64,000 nt of DNA, taken from contig NC_043009.1 of assembly GCF_006345805.1 (NCBI RefSeq), positions 30,628,001 through 30,692,000 of the forward strand. Direction: 5' to 3'. Below the pieces are notes generated by a model. That model searched no databases, was not told the origin of the DNA, and saw nothing but the letters and a program-made list of their open reading frames with translations. This stretch comes from Octopus sinensis (Eukaryota). The position numbers were made by a program, and so were the translations under genes. Shown here one piece after another: positions 63,189 through 64,000 of this stretch. The first letter of the stretch is position 1; the number at the start of each line of letters is the position of its first letter.

Positions 63189-64000
63189 TACGGAGATGTA
63201 CTTGCATAGCGAGTGACTTGATCTGAGATCGTGTGCTGGAACGAAAAGAATTCCAGCGTGGAAGGTGTTTATAAGCCATTTAAGAAACAAGAAAAAACGT
63301 TAGATTCACTTCAACATTTAAATTTAATATGTCAAAATATTTTCGTCGCTTTGAAGAGGGAGTTGGGTTTTAACAAAGATACAAGGCTCCATCTTCGGGA
63401 TGTAGTTAACACAGACAAATTCACATTTGGAACTTGATTGTAGATCTTGGGAGGAAGCTTTCATAATGGTAATATTTTCCTTCCTCATCACTTTGTATAA
63501 TGCTTGTGGGTTGGAAGCAAAATGTATGTATGTATGTGCATATATAAGTGTGTGTCAGTGTTTATGCACACACACATATATATAATATAATATAAGTAAA
63601 ACACTGAATACTTTTACAAAGAGCCAGTATAGGCCAAGATTGATCCTTTGTTAAAGAGGCTTGTGCGTTGCTGTGTCCATGTCTCTACCCACAAACCATT
63701 GAGACAACAGCGATAGCTAGTTTGAAAATGATATATTTAAATCTATCAGACTAATGTAACCAATAACCAATCATTAGAATAGATTTAAATATCTCATACT
63801 TTGTGTAAGTAGTATTACTGGCTTTTTGGCCTAGTGGATAAGGGTGTTTTGTGACAGACAAGACAGTGGGGGTAGATGGAGGTTTCAGTGTCAGTTAAGG
63901 ATTGTGATATGATCTCATTTACTTTTATTTTTCTCTAGAGATGTGTTAAAAGGGGGAAGAAAAATAAAAACACAATCAGTGTAGGCCATGGGCAAAGATT

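Overview
AT-rich eukaryotic DNA, dense in microsatellites ((TA)n, (TG)n, (TAT)n, (TATG)n, (GATA)n). The repeat content looks like an Octopus-type cephalopod genome; this is an inference from recalled SINE families, not a database result. No host protein-coding gene could be identified with confidence, only a few splice-site-bounded open frames, and most ORFs in the supplied track are microsatellite artefacts. The window is a mosaic of mobile elements: (1) Penelope-like (PLE) pieces, including a GIY-YIG 3' fragment and several terminal fragments carrying hammerhead-ribozyme (HHR) motifs; (2) a young 5'-truncated RTE LINE with a 483-codon open RT/C-terminal frame and a 10-bp TSD; (3) a decayed R4/Dong-type RLE LINE plus two more 3' fragments, all in (TAA)n; (4) a mariner derivative made of two inverted 5' halves; (5) two Helentron-type non-autonomous elements; (6) at least three tRNA-derived SINE families. 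The most striking structure is a 199-bp near-perfect palindrome (7105-7303) whose arms each encode a complete type I hammerhead, one per strand, with TATA-like boxes pointing outward from the centre. Also notable: a PLE-terminal HHR family with a non-canonical CUGU(U/A)GA core, a 543-bp TSD-flanked non-coding RTE derivative whose partner LINE 3' end lies in the same window, and SINE composites that look like seamless self-insertion.
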